A stretch of DNA of 62,961 nucleotides, the filler included, from Rhabdomonas costata (taxonomy: Eukaryota): the NCBI GenBank assembly GCA_019059605.1. It is 32 parts of 32 records of this genome, joined end to end, with 100 filler letters (N's around TTAATTAATTAA, not from the genome) between each part and the next. Parts side by side here need not be neighbours in the genome. Positions count along the whole stretch, not along the records: positions 1 to 1,870 come from JAHMHO010007935.1; positions 1,971 to 3,840 come from JAHMHO010007936.1; positions 3,941 to 5,811 come from JAHMHO010007937.1; positions 5,912 to 7,782 come from JAHMHO010007938.1; positions 7,883 to 9,753 come from JAHMHO010007939.1; positions 9,854 to 11,724 come from JAHMHO010007940.1; positions 11,825 to 13,695 come from JAHMHO010007941.1; 25 more parts are not named here. One strand, written 5' to 3'. Positions 1 through 13,300 of the stretch are shown in pieces; within the stretch, counting starts at the first letter, position 1, and every line of letters begins with the position of its first letter. The notes under the pieces were generated by a model. That model saw only the letters and a program-made list of their open reading frames with translations. It had not been told where the DNA came from and made no database searches. Position numbers and translations under genes: made by a program.

Positions 1-939
1 GGGATGCCGTAGGCGTGGGAAGGAAGGGGTATCGACGCAGCGGGGGGCGTTTGGGGCAGCACGGGGTCCCACTGCACCACCAGAGGACGCTCGTCGCGGG
101 GCAGCGGAGCTCTTGGAGCCGGAACCTGCGGCCAGAACCCTTCGAGGGAGGGGCCCTCAGCAAGGGCGCCATTCCCTCCGCTCGACCGGCGCGCTGCTGA
201 AGCCGAGGCTGAGGAGGAGGAGGAGGAGGAGGCCTGGCATTCCTGGTTCCAGGACCCCAGGTTGTGAGGGTCGGAGTAATACGATGACTGAGACCGGAGC
301 TTGGACACATTCTCCGGAGTGAGGCGGACAGGAAGGCCACCACGGCCGGCTCCCTCGGAGACCTTGCAGGTGGTTATATCAGAGGAAGATGGTTTCTGCA
401 GGGAGTACAGCAGAGTCTGGGTGGGCTCCGGCCTCCGGCAACCCTGAAAAAGGGGCCAGAGGTACCTAGCATTCCTAGCATTCCAGGTATTTGGCGCCAG
501 GTGCACACCCGCATCTTCAATGATACGATCTAGAAATAGTATGAATCCGCAGCCTTGTCCGTAGTCCACGCCCCCGATCTTACCCGCATATTAGCAAACA
601 AGGTGAGCCACGCATTCCATTAATAGGAGGATCAGCTAAAAACTCACTAATCCAATCTGGCATGAGGCCATTCTGGGCAATTCTCTTATCCTTCTCAACG
701 AGCACGCAAAGCATCGTTGAAGACCGTGTGTATGTGTTTTTTGTCTTTCTGGCATTACTGCCAGTAGTCTCTTCCGGACTATGGCTTTCTCTTCCTTTCT
801 GGGGTCTCACCGGGAATGAATTGGGAGGGAGGGACGATTTATCGCTTTATCGAAAATCCCGTGATAATTGGTTTGGACATTCAATAAACTGTGAACAAGT
901 CACTGATTTTACGTGAGCATCTGTGCCCGCGCTTGACAG

Positions 940-1058
940 GGGTGGAATACACCGACGAGGAGATTGACACGAAGATCAGGAAGTACCACCTCTCGGGCAC
1001 GGGAAAGATCAACTTCGATGAGTTCTGTTGCATCCTACTGTCCATTGCGCAGCGATAA
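940..1058 (+). CDS. Last exon of an EF-hand (calmodulin/centrin-like) protein
   Basis: Acceptor ttgacag| at 939, then VEYTDEEIDTKIRKYHLSGTGKINFDEFCCILLSIAQR-TAA(1056-1058); GxGKIxFDEF EF-hand loop; GC3-rich codons. Not in the ORF track because it has no ATG. Confidence 0.8.
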
Positions 1059-1870
1059 AGTCTCCCCCACAACTTGACACAGTACACAGTTCCCAGCGGC
1101 GCGCACTGCTGAACTCATACGAACCAAATTCTCCCGTGTGCCCCCCCCCCTTCCTGGCCTTTTGTCTACCCACTGGTGCCCATTCATTGAATTTGTCATG
1201 TGTGTTTTCGCTCGCGTTGCTGTGAAATGGCTTTCTCGGTGATTTGGGGTTCCTTCCCACCATCACCCACTCCCCCCAACTTGCATGTGTCCCTGTGTTG
1301 TTTCATAAGAGCTCCCATCTTCCCTCCAGTTGACCCTCCATGGCAACAACAGGCAGTCGCGAGCGAGGTCTCTTCTCCTATGTTTAGTGTCACTTCCTTC
1401 CTTCGTTGCAGTTGCACGATGGTACACGTTCTGGGAAGCTTTTTGAATGCTTGTATTCTTGGAATACTGGTGCTGCAATTTGTTTGAACGACACCACCTC
1501 GTGTTAAGTCCTTCAGCGTTAGGCTTGAATCAAGCAAACTAATTTCCAGGTAGCTGATGAAGAGACCGGGGTGATCATGGTGCGCGGTTTCCATTAGGTA
1601 CAGAAATTGTTCGGATCTTTTCCCTTTAAATGATGGCTAATTTCCGTGAAAGTCTGACGAATAAACTTCGTAAAGATTATCATTCTCTTTAGATGGGTTG
1701 GCAAAAGTGCAAGGCATTGCTGCAGTAATTGCTTCGTTCCGTGACGGTTTAGTCGCTTTTCATGTGTTCTCCTACGGAAACACGTTAGCATAAACACCAA
1801 AGCGCGCCGGGAAAGGAACGCCAATGCCGGGGAGGAACCGACTGACGCTTCCCCCCTTTAGCGGCGGGTT

Positions 1871-1970
1871 NNNNNNNNNNNNNNNNNNNNNNNNNNNNNN
1901 NNNNNNNNNNNNNNTTAATTAATTAANNNNNNNNNNNNNNNNNNNNNNNNNNNNNNNNNNNNNNNNNNNN
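1871..1970. other. Artificial contig spacer (first of 31; others start at 3841, 5812, 7783, 9754, 11725, 13696, 15667, 17638, 19603, 21574, 23545, 25536, 27506, 29477, 31448, 33420, 35391, 37362, 39332, 41302, 43273, 45243, 47214, 49180, 51150, 53119, 55088, 57057, 59026, 60995)
   Basis: Identical 100-nt N44-TTAATTAATTAA-N44 block (stop codons in all six frames) recurring about every 1,970 nt; inserts are nearly equal in length (about 1,865-1,891 nt), as in a length-sorted assembly. Confidence 0.99.
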
Positions 1971-2465
1971 TGCTCTCGAATAGGTTTTAGGTGGTTAGGC
2001 TGTAAGGCAACACCTTATTGGTCCTCTCTTGAAATCCTCTGATCATCCAATAGATGATTCAGAAGGTGCCTTATCAGAGTATCTGTAGCAAAGTCTCGCA
2101 TCAAAGGGTAACGTTCACGGTTCACAGACAACCCCAGCGCCCCCCCCCCCCCCGCAAACACGCACGCAAACAAATGCAGGGAGAGAGACCGAGGCGGGGA
2201 TCCACACGGGGAGCGAAGGTCCTGGTCGGCCCCTCTCTCGGTACATTACCTCCACATCCCCTGTACCACGGCGAAAAAACAACAACCAGAAAAGCAGAAT
2301 CGCATCCGAGCGAGAACAGCCAACTCTTTCAGCTTCAACCTGACCACATATCAGTAGAAAGGCTTGTGAGCAGAAGAGTGTGGAAACAACAAAACATGGG
2401 CTGCTGGCCGTTCTGCACAGCTCGCACTCTGTGTACCTTCGCCCACACCAACAAAGTGAGGAAAA

Positions 2466-3748
2466 TTAAGCTAAATGATGAATGCGGGAGGACATGCCCT
2501 CGTCGGCAAAGTGCTGCATTGGGCTGAAATGGTCCATCTCCTCGATCTGCTTCCAGTAGGCCCGATGGACATGGATTTGGTGACACTGCCGCACATAAAA
2601 CAAGCATATTAACAGGTAGAACTGCTGACCACGGAAAGGTTTTCGTCTATGAAGACCATCACAGAAGAGACACACTCCAGACGAATTGCTTCCGGTTAGC
2701 GCGGAGCTGACAGTTCCGAATTCCCAAAGCCCTGCATTCGTGTGCAATGCCTGAAAGACTGGAGGTGACTTGTTGTGACTTGGAGGTCTTGCACAGCAAA
2801 ACGAATAAAGGACAAGCAGTGCATATTCCATCCGAACCCGGGATACCTTGTAGCCCTCGTAGCAGGCCTTGCCCTGAAAGAGCAGGCACACGGTGCGGGA
2901 CTTCGCCTCCGGGTTCAGGTCACTGAGGCAGCACATGGAGCCCTGGGTGGGGTAGACCTTGTCTGGAGAAAAGCCACAGCATTACCTGCGCACCCTCTTC
3001 ACAAGGAGAAAAACCAATGGCTTCCCACCGTGTATGACTGTATATGTATGTGGTGAATAGCACCGAATAGTTGTATTTTCGGAAGGGGGGGGGATTCCTA
3101 TTTGGTCTTGCTCTGGTAATCATTATTGCCATTGGTATATCTCAAGCAAGTGACTTCAAACGAGTCAGGTTTGGACGTCGCAATTGGAAGAGGAGCGACC
3201 ACGAAGTCCGGGGATCGGACTGAGCTGTATTTGCCTTTAACTTAGGGATAGTTGTGTTTGTTTGTTGGCGCCTGTGTACGTATGTGTGATAAAAAGACCG
3301 AAAGATACCCATGGAAGCTGCCCTAACCTAAGATACGCCCAGCCTGTTGTCAGACGTGGGGTGCCGGCTCATCCCAGGCCATGATGATTGCACTGCTTTT
3401 AGAAATTATGCCACTAGTACTTTCCGTGGCAGTGACTTCGAAAAATCTCCCTAGAACTTGGAAGATGATGACTCATTGGGAACAGCGGCTCAGTCAAATA
3501 AGCTCTTGTGAAGGTCGGCGGTTCCCCAAACCTCCAGGAATGGGAATCAGGCCCTTCTTCAGGTCGTTCTTGCTGAGAACGTAGAGCACTTTGTACATGG
3601 GGCAGCATCGAAACAGGTCAATCTGCTGCAGCAGATCCTCCGAGGCGGGCTCAACCTCGGCCACCGCCACGGGTGATGCTGCAGCAGCCACTGTTGCATC
3701 CTCGCCATCCAGTGGCACGGCAGACAAAGGGGTTCTCCAGTCCATCAT
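2466..3748 (-). CDS. CCCH zinc-finger protein, 3 exons (about 3748-3532, 2962-2847, 2585-2466)
   Basis: GT-AG junctions are phase-compatible; the spliced product contains CLLFQGKACYEGYK|CHQIH = C-x7-C-x5-C-x3-H spanning the second junction, and ends at TAA 2466-2468. Confidence 0.75.
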
Positions 3749-3940
3749 TGGTTTCTGAGGTGCGGGGTGTGACCGACACCGTCCCTTTGTGGGTGGGGCG
3801 CAGAAGGGGACGGTGTCGGTCACACCCCGCACCCCAAAAANNNNNNNNNNNNNNNNNNNNNNNNNNNNNNNNNNNNNNNNNNNNTTAATTAATTAANNNN
3901 NNNNNNNNNNNNNNNNNNNNNNNNNNNNNNNNNNNNNNNN

Positions 3941-5785
3941 GGGCCGAAGACGAGGAGCAGGGCTGCAGGGGTGCTGCTAGCAGGCCCCAGGTCGGGTTGC
4001 GCAGGATGGCGACCTGCACCACGGCCCTGGCCCACGCGCACATCACGCACAGCAGCTCCGAGGTGATCAGCAGGCGGCTGGGCACGAAGTCCGGGGTGTA
4101 GCTCTGCAGCACGGCCTGCACAGTGTCCTTCGGCAGCACCCCAGGGTCGAACCTCTGCATAGACTGTGGCGCCCAAACGACAAACCAATGAAGACACACT
4201 TGCACACAGCCAGGTACACCCTCAGCGAGCCGGAGGTTTCCTCCGCAGTAGGCCCCCCTCTGCTCGCGTTAATTATCAAATGGGCACACATCCTGTCGAA
4301 ACGCAACGTCCTCTTATGGTGGTTCCACGGGGATTGTCCACGCAAGCACACAGGGACACACTGATTTGTGTGGATGGATCGGTTGGCATCCTTTCTCGGA
4401 GTTGACCATGGGGATGCCTTTATGTGAGGGACACCGCCTGTCAAGCGTTCCTACCCACTGGAGGAGGCACAACCACAGCTGTTGGTATCGCCACATAGAT
4501 GGAACTATGCGCTAGACCTACACACATACACCAACCCTAGAGTGGTGGCTGTACCCTTACCCTTAGAGGTAGAGACAGTACGCACATAGAGGTAACAGGG
4601 TGATGTTGTAGTAGGATCGCAGCTGGCGACGACACTTTCCATGCACGCAACCTTTCTCGTTTCCAACCAGAGCAACGAGCAAGAAGTACTATGTGCACCT
4701 TTTTGACTGACCTTTTTTTTTTTGTAATTTTGGGCCCTTCTCCGATCGCCCACAAAACCGGATCGATTTCATGTTCTTTCCTCTCCTTTCTACAGATTAC
4801 TTTCCAATGAGCGTTCCTATCTGACAGCCCTCCCCCCAATGTACTCTCGCCCGCAGACAGAGCATGCACACAGAGCCATCTGACAGCGAGATTAGGTGTG
4901 CAAGACGGAGTATTAAACCAATCCGCAAAAAACAAAGCACTCGCAAAATCAGAAGAGGGGAAGGCCTTTTTGATGTGTCTGTGAAAAAAGTGCAACCTCC
5001 TATCCCCCCTCCCCCGCCTTGTCGCACGGGTACAAGGGGAGTCTTGGGAGAGGGTAGGAGCATACGGTGAGAAAGCTGTCGGGGTCCTGCTGCAGCCGGA
5101 GCCAGACCAGCCCGAAGTAGTCTGAGGGCTCCAGCTCGGGGAACCGCGCCGGGGTTTCGCCGAGCAGCATACTGACCAGCTTGCACGTGTGGTTGACCAC
5201 TGAGGAGCCACACGCCAATGACTTGAACTGCTCCTGATACGCAGGCCCACCCCACAGCCTGCATTACCTCAACATCTCGCACAGATGCTTCGAAAGAGTA
5301 AATCGTTGTCCATCACGTGAACCCGTGGATTCATTTATAAAAAAGAACTCTCAGAGAACCAATGGGAACCGCACAAATCTTGTCAAGTTGGGTTCCACTG
5401 GGAGAAAATATCTCACACAATAACGAGAGAGTTGGGGTCTCAGGTAACCGGTAACCACCCGATATGCGCCTTGATGATGACTATTCTTATGAGCTTATAT
5501 CGTACAGTGAGGTCTGGAAGCAGGGGACATGATTCTTCCCTGACGGCAGGTTCCGGGTTGTGGGAGCGGCTTTTATCTGCCCGCTGGATCAAAAACGGTG
5601 ACTGCGCGCGCTTTGATAAGGCCACTGAAAAGTTTTGTTTTTGCTTGCTTTGTGGAAAGGAAAGCAAAAAGGTCAGCACAATGCGCCGCTATTCGCCTTA
5701 CCACGGAGTGCCGAGTGACGCCATCCAACGCATGCCGCAGCTCGGACTCCGCCAGGGTCAGCCACCGTTGCTGTTGCAGCTGATG
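3941..5785 (-). CDS. Protein with a dynein-stalk microtubule-binding-domain-like region, partial; exons 5785-5702, 5233-5066, 4163-3941
   Basis: Phase-0 GT-AG junctions give ...ELRHALDGVTRHSV|EQFKSLACGSSVVNHTCKLVSMLLG...DPDSFLT|SMQRFDP...YTPDFVPSRL..SELLCVMCAWARAVV, matching the dynein MTBD pattern (ExKS..P..V..AV..LL / FL..L..FD / F.P / LCxWVxA). Confidence 0.6.
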
Positions 5786-6282
5786 CTGGAATTGGGTCGT
5801 CCCACCCCCACNNNNNNNNNNNNNNNNNNNNNNNNNNNNNNNNNNNNNNNNNNNNTTAATTAATTAANNNNNNNNNNNNNNNNNNNNNNNNNNNNNNNNN
5901 NNNNNNNNNNNGGGTGTTGGTTTAAGATGGGTGTCTTTGAGTGGGGTGCACAACTCCCAGTTGCCGTTGTAACTTGGCTCACAAAGATGAGTCCTACAAA
6001 GAGGGGTTGCGAGTTTTCGCACAGACGCAGCCATTAGCCCCAATCTCACATTCTGTCGGGAACACGGTAAAGAAGCAGAGTTTAGTCCAACCAGTGTTCT
6101 GTCCAGGTAACAAAAAGTCTCAGTTTACGGTGGAGCCAGCTTTATTTATTTGTTCTTTATTGGCCAGTGGAATTCTCGATAATTTCGGTAAAAGCCGGTG
6201 GCCCAGAACCAGAGCGAAAGATCCCGCGAAAAGACATGTGGGATTGATGTTTATGTGAGCAAGGCGCAGGCAAAGCCCACAC

Positions 6283-6778
6283 TTGTGCAGAAGCACGTGC
6301 CGCAGGGCGTTGCCCAGGGTGTGGGACTCGTTCGCCCACACAAAGGTGGCTACAGAGCGGTCCTTGGATTCCAACTGAGAGCAGAGCAGACCTCAAGCAC
6401 CAGACAACCTGCACGTGACATCGACTTCGTTTCCCACAAAAAAATATCAAATATTAGCAGAGAAAAATTGAAACGCAATCCGAAAGACGAATTGCATTGC
6501 CACAATTCGTGCAAGGGCACAAGCAGAAGACAAAAGACAGCAACAGCTCAAAGATCCCACGGACGTAATTGAGCCAGTAAGGACATGAGATGGGCGTGTC
6601 CTCCTGTGGGAAATGAATGCGCGGGAGAGCAAGGGGGGGCGTGTCTCCGAGGGTCAGATCAGCTCAGACATACGATCTCCAGGTTGTCCGCGTTCATGGC
6701 ACACGGCCGCGGGACGTCTGGAAGCCCATCGTCCCGCATGGGCTTGCACAGGTCACGGTCGATAGGCTTGGTTCCCAT
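6283..6778 (-). CDS. RPAC2: RNA polymerase I/III subunit RPAC2 (AC19), 5' part; exons 6778-6674, 6374-6283
   Basis: MGTKPIDRD...DNLEI|LESKDRSVATFVWANESHTLGNALRHVLLH: RPB11/AC19 'E.HTLGN.LR' signature, closer to AC19; canonical junctions in phase. Confidence 0.8.
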
Positions 6779-8623
6779 TGTTTTCTGCTCACTGGGGAGC
6801 CCTGGGGCTCTCGAAGTGGTCTCTCTCTCTCTCTGCCTCTTTTTTAACTAACCAGAAATGACGGCAAACAGGAAAGTGCCTGGGGAAACAAAGGCCTCGG
6901 AACTGGGGTTATGATTTGACACCCCACCCCGAATGTCAGGTAGGTGGTCCGAATGGGCCCCCATTTCGGCATTCAAACGGGTTGAACTGGGTGATGTGAT
7001 GTACCAGCACTCATTTTCCAAGCCTTGGGCGGAAAGAGGAGTGGAACCCTCACGTGGGGGGAGGAAGAGGCTTTACACTGCCTCATTTATCGCGAAAACC
7101 GAATGCATAAATCCCAATTCCGGACGGAACCCCACTCCCTCGCAGCAGAAGGCAACGCAAGGAAAAAGTCCCACAAACAGAGCACCGTCTTTTTCGAAGC
7201 CACCCGGGAATGGGGTATGAGATTAAAGGGCGTAAGAACGGTCATATATAATCCAACTTCCAAAGCAAAAATAAAACTCGAAAACCGAGCCGACTCACCT
7301 CAGTTACTCCCTTGCCCGAAAATTCCTCGACCACCCCTAAAGGAACATCGCAAACCCATCCATTGTACGCAACAACTTCTATTGCACACATGCAGACAAG
7401 TATCACAGACAACGGCCCATCCAAAAATACATGAAACTCGATTCACAATAGCAACAAAAAGGAGTCCCCCATTTCAACAACCCCGAAACAGCTGCGGGAA
7501 ACATGCTCACTTCACGGGTTCATCAGCTTTCAGCAGTTACTTCGCCGGGATCAGCCGGGGGAGTGGGTTCCGGTGCCTAAGAAAAAATACAGTGAAGCCA
7601 AACCACAGCAAAAAGAATGGTTCACAATACATTCCTCAACACATGAAAAAGAACTTCAGTGGATTCAATTTAATGCCGTGTGCTCACCGTACCACCTCGT
7701 TGGACGAGAAAAACGTCCCCCAGGTGGAAAATTTTAATTTCACCACAGTGCGGCAAACAAACGGGTCACACGACCAACAAAANNNNNNNNNNNNNNNNNN
7801 NNNNNNNNNNNNNNNNNNNNNNNNNNTTAATTAATTAANNNNNNNNNNNNNNNNNNNNNNNNNNNNNNNNNNNNNNNNNNNNTTGGTAGATCCAACCCAG
7901 GTTGTCTGCGCTTGTCGCGAGAAAGGAGGTGAACCTAAAACAAAGAGAGTGAGGCTGATGATAGCCACAGAAAGAAATGCCAGTTTTCTGGCATGGGGCA
8001 TTCTCATACTCTGTTTCCGCGGAGAGCTTGCTCCACAACTTCCACCACCCGATCGATATGCTGCACTCCAATCACACTTACGTCGTCCCAACCTGCATTC
8101 CGGTCCCCCTGAAAAAGCCACCGGAAAAAGAAAAAACACCGCAGAAAACGTCGCAGGCAGTGCAGGTTTTGCACACGCTAGTTTGGCAGAAGAATTGCAT
8201 TGAACCAAAAGTCAAACTCCCACAAATATACAAAATAGGAGCACAAATTCGTTCGACCAATATAGGAGAAAGCCACGAAATAGAATCGGACCGCTGCCAC
8301 GTGGCATTTCGGAGGATGCAACAGGGGCTCTCGAGCGTCTGAGCGTCGAGAAAACAACTACACAATTCAGAAAATCCACACATTAGAACGGTGCAATCCA
8401 CCACGATATCGCTGGTACCGCTGGGACCCGAATGGTCAATGATGCCGGGAAGACAACCTGCTCAAGCTCGGTCGGGCAAAATTTCGGGGTGTACTGCTCA
8501 CATCGCCTACAGACACTGCGCAGATGCTTGAAGAAAGGACCGACCGAAAACAAACTTTCGAACATTGCTTCCAATCCAGATACTTCCACTTTTAACCCAA
8601 AACAAGAGACCTCCTGGACGAAC

Positions 8624-9426
8624 CTGAGGAACGCAGCCTGCCACCACCACAGGCTTCCCCGTGTCCTTGGCGCGAGTAACCAAAGTTCGGAAGTGAGCTT
8701 CCGATGGACTCTTCACGGTACAACTGTTGATCAGCTGCCGGCTGCCGAGTCAAAGTCCTATGACCACACAACAGACACCGAATAGCCCCTGAGGCAACGC
8801 CAATGTATGCATTCAACGTTGAAATTGAGCAAGCCTGTAAAGGTACCTCAGTGATGCCATAGCCATATTCGGCAAGCTGAGATGAAAGCAGATGCATGGC
8901 AAAGATAAGGACAAACACAGTTTCAGGAGAGAGGTCGTCCCGGAGGTGCAGGTGCGAAGCAAACCTGTCCAGCCATATACTCGCTGTCCGAAGAGTTATG
9001 GGAGCAGCCAAAGGTCTTGAGGAACACTGTCTGCGCGCCTGGGATATCGTAGCCCACCGCACTCTTCCGAAGTCTTTGCTGAGTTCAAGACGAATGGTGT
9101 AGCGTTCAGATATGACGCGTCAGCATGAACGTTTGCCCGAGGGCAGCTACACGTCTAATAAACCTCTGTTGCTATTTGCTAGCGGTCAATGTTGACATTC
9201 GCCTTGTGCTACTCAACACTTCGAACCACACATATGCACACAAGAGCGACGGTTTTCGTTCTATTTCAAGCAGGCTTTCGATCAGACCAAGCTACTTGGA
9301 CACAGCAGATCACACCTTTCGGTGGCTTTCTTTGTGCGGGACAATGTCTCCGCACCCAACCAGTCCATGCTTGACTGCCGGTTCAGCCTCAGCGGAAGCA
9401 TCTTCAATGTCTTGCAAGCACGACAT
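8624..9426 (-). CDS. CDKAL1: tRNA t6A methylthiotransferase CDKAL1/MtaB, N-terminal part; exons 9426-9316, 9078-8965, 8876-8847, 8757-8624 (last exon 1 nt short)
   Basis: MSCLQDIED...[57 protein letters not shown]...[11 protein letters not shown] matches the UPF0004 domain of eukaryotic CDKAL1. Confidence 0.9.
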
Positions 9427-11824
9427 CACTGGGATAGAAAAGTGCGCTACTCAGAATATGACTGTTTAGAAAATCCTAGAAGCATGCCACAAACATCATC
9501 ATCCGAATACAAAACATATGTATGATGAAACGCATGTTTAATAGCATGCCACAGTTATGGCAGTGCCGCACGGAACTTGTTTTTTGTGCAAAATGGTGAA
9601 CCCAAGATAGTGGCGTCTCCCTTTTAGTGCTGAGCTAAGGCGAGAGTTTCCTTCGCGCGTTTGTGTACATAAGCCTGGGACACGTGGGGCAGGCGGAAGG
9701 TCTTGGCCTGTTGTCTGGTGAGCCGGCATCCCACGTCTGACAACAGAGCTATANNNNNNNNNNNNNNNNNNNNNNNNNNNNNNNNNNNNNNNNNNNNTTA
9801 ATTAATTAANNNNNNNNNNNNNNNNNNNNNNNNNNNNNNNNNNNNNNNNNNNNTTGTTTGTGTTGTTTTCTGGTTCGCCGGTTTTGTTATTCAAGGCGAT
9901 CCTTTAATAAACAGAACCGGCGAACCAGAAAACAACACAAAGAAATCATAATAATCATCTAAAACGATCTTCAGGAAATTAAAGGAAACAAAAAAGAGGA
10001 AAAAATAGCCAGAAACCAAAGGAAGTGCACAAAATGCCTTGCCAGGCCAGGAGCAGAGTATATGGGGCATCAAGCGGCCTCCATACTCCTGCCCCAAGAG
10101 CAAAGCTAAAGTGTTCTTTCTCTTTCCCTCTGACTGCTGTTGGCCCCTCCACCTCACCTCACTGTTCCAAATTCGAAAAATATGCTAACAACAGAACAGA
10201 GTGCGAAAGGGGCTGAGGAAAATGCGAAATCCGTAAGCTTACCTGTGTGCCACCTTCCTGGTCAGGCGGGGTGAGAACGTCCATGAGGCAACAAAAGAAC
10301 TGCACAACAATGCCGAAAGAGAGAAAGCTCAATAAATGCGAGCTCAGAAAAGCTGAGCTTTGGAGGGAAGCTGAGTTTCGTTCTTGCGTGTAAACGAGCC
10401 AAACAGCAGTGTGAACTCTCTTAAACGGTGTTCACTGTCGCCAGGCTGTCTGACTTCTGCTGCAGCCGCAAGCATTGTGCAGCGGAAGCTTCATTTAGAT
10501 TTTTCAAGCAACGCCCCTCCTAAAAAAACTCACGAAATGCCTCCGAACTGCTGCATCTTTGTTTCTTGCGCTCTTCCGTCCCCTCCCATCTTTCAAACTT
10601 AGGGCACACTAGTGATTTCTAGAAACGATGCAAAATAAGCATGTTATGCCTTTAATCTCAAATAAGAGAATCAGTTTCTCTGTTGCCCGCAGGCTGAGCA
10701 CATGCGTGCGAACAAATAGACGGCACGCCAGACCCCTCACGCGCACACACAACTGAACAAAAAAAGCAAATGACAATGAAACCCTTGGGACGCTGGGACC
10801 TTTGGGACGCTTCTGTCTCCTCTGTTGCATGAGGGATGAGAATTTTACAAACTGCCTTTTCGTGGCTTGGTTTAAGTTTGGTTAACTGGCGTCTATGGAT
10901 CTCACACTCTCGCTTAACCTCGCTCCCCTTTTGTGGGTTCCCCCCCCTCCCCCACACTGTCAAGGAGGCTTCAAGGATGCAGAATAATGTAACCGAGAAA
11001 AGTTTCACAGTCATTTGCACGCAGGAGTTTGAGGTGCAGTAAAGGTCTTCATTAGGAAATGGATTTGGGTTTTAGCTGTGAGTTCTCCGTGGGAGGGGTT
11101 CGCTCAGCGCGCATCTGAGGACCTGCCATCCAGAACAGCATTAATGAACGAGTCTTCGAGTCATCGAAGATCGAGATCGAAGCAATTGGCAGTCAACCAG
11201 CGCAATTACATTTTTTGATAGTTCGTAATGGAGCGTGGATCTCGAATGATCGAAGTTTTCGGTCTTTTTCCGTGTTTTCGCTCTTCGTTAATTGATAACC
11301 GAGCTTCAAAAATGCAAAAAAAACCAGTTGCACACTGCTTCACGGGCACGTCGACTTTCGATGACGGGACAGGGGCAGGAAAAATTAAGGGAAGAAGGTG
11401 GCATACTCGCCCATTTCTTCCAAAAAATCGAAGTCACCCTGTTACGGTCCTCAAGCCAAGCCAACCAGAGGATCCAACTCTGGACCAGCCATCTTTGAAA
11501 TTTCTCACAGCCAGAACAGAACCAGGACCCAGAAGCACAGTGACAGCAGCAACGGCGCAGCCAGTGTGACTCCGCCACGGTGCCCCTTATGGGCAGAGCT
11601 AGCGGCAGGGCTTCGACTTCGAGCTTGGGCAAGCACGGTTCGAAAAAAGATCTCCGTGACGGCGGAATGGAGGCCCGCAAGCCAAACCGGAGGGAAAGGG
11701 AAGGCCCAGACGAAACACCACAAANNNNNNNNNNNNNNNNNNNNNNNNNNNNNNNNNNNNNNNNNNNNTTAATTAATTAANNNNNNNNNNNNNNNNNNNN
11801 NNNNNNNNNNNNNNNNNNNNNNNN

Positions 11825-13300
11825 GGGTTCGTGTAGTAGCTTTGGCCACAGTATGACGCTGGTGGAGGAGCGATTGATGCTGAATCCACACGTGGTAGAG
11901 GCAATCGATTACGCCAGTGCCGGAGTGTGCTCCTTCCAAGTGGTGTCGGAGGTAGCCTCCAAGAAGCGGTTGATAGATGAGGTCAAACCAGATTGATTGG
12001 AGAGCGTCCGGCGCCAACGCAGGCGTCGCTCCTGCATCTCCATGGCGTGGTCCAGCACCGTGCCCGATCAAAATGGCTGGCCACATACCGCCTCCGGTGC
12101 GCGGAAGTTGGAGATATGAAAAGTGGTACATGATTGGAAGATGTCTCAGCCTTGAGAGGCCAGGGCACCAACAACGTTGCAATGAAACGTCCGTAATTTG
12201 CACCGATAGAGGTCTAAAGTGAATACCACCAGGCAACGCGAGTCGGTGGAGGCTTTTTCACGCCAAGATGACGGCATCCACGCTGGGCAGAGTGTGGATT
12301 GCAGAAATGGAGACGTCATCCAGGATGACAATGCTGAATGTGGGCGCGAGGACAATGGTTTGTCGCGGATCTACGTGGCCACAGCGCGCGAACAGTGAAA
12401 ACCAGTCAGATGACTCCAAGAGCTCCGACGACCAATGTAGAAGCACTCCGGAAAACGGGCCGTGGAGCAAACCAGGAAATACAAATGGGCTGTAGCCAAA
12501 GTCCAACCACCACTGTGGAGTGGCAGCCATCGATTACCCCAAAAGCGGTGGACACCGTGGCCACCAACGTAATGTAGGAGTGCATTCCCAGCACATGATA
12601 AAAGCGGAATCACCCAGTAGAATCATCTGACCGTAACAAACTGAAGGTGGAATCCAGTGCCCCTTGGCACATGGCGCTGGCCCTAGCAGGAGGTTAATGA
12701 CGGGACACATAGTCCAGGTTGGGGTCCACGGAGCCATTGAAGTCCACCATGAGCAGCGTGTGGACATGGAGATCAAGCGACGATATTATGGAATACAATT
12801 CACCAAGAAACGCTTGCCGAAATCCCGTTTCCCGTGCGAGGGGAGCGTAAAGCGAGAAAAAGCGAGAATAGCCGCAGGCAGCGAGGAAGGTCCAACCGTA
12901 CCGTGGCAGGAGCTGAGATATCGTGTCCACGGGTGCGTTGATGAAACCGACCCCAAAGTGTTCACCGAGAATGCTAGATCTAGTGGTGGGAACCGGGTTG
13001 CCGTGGTGCAACTTACACTATAGTCAACGAAGATCGCATTGCTATGCCTACAGGGAAGCGCAGAGAGCTTGGTTTCCAGGAGAGATACCACATGAAGTGG
13101 TGCCACTGCGGCTGACAGCGTCGCCTGGAGCGCAGCAACCTGATACTGCAGGGCGCAAACAAAGCGCCGATATCCGGCGCTACCTGAACCTACAGCAAAT
13201 GGCGGCGATGAACCAGCGTAAGCTTGCGTGGCAACAACTGGATGTGGGCGGAGCTGGTGAAGATCCATTCCGGCTAAAACCACGCCAATGTGCTGGGTGC
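11825..13300 (-). mobile_element. Degenerate non-LTR retrotransposon (APE endonuclease region)
   Basis: Motifs spread over broken frames: VVSLLETKL (DxxxLQET), SLYAP..FRQAFLGELYSIISSL..LMVDFNG (YAP...GDFN); many stops and frameshifts; no host-like GC3 bias. Confidence 0.7.

Noticed and set aside
3759..3840. 27-bp perfect hairpin
   Set aside because: It abuts the contig end and finishes in an A/C primer-like tail: a fold-back amplification chimera, not a terminator or MITE.
7025..7782. Long ORF-track entries such as 7025-7834, 4537-5250 and 34201-35067
   Set aside because: No motifs or codon bias; they are shadow or antisense frames of GC-rich exons, or chance ORFs.
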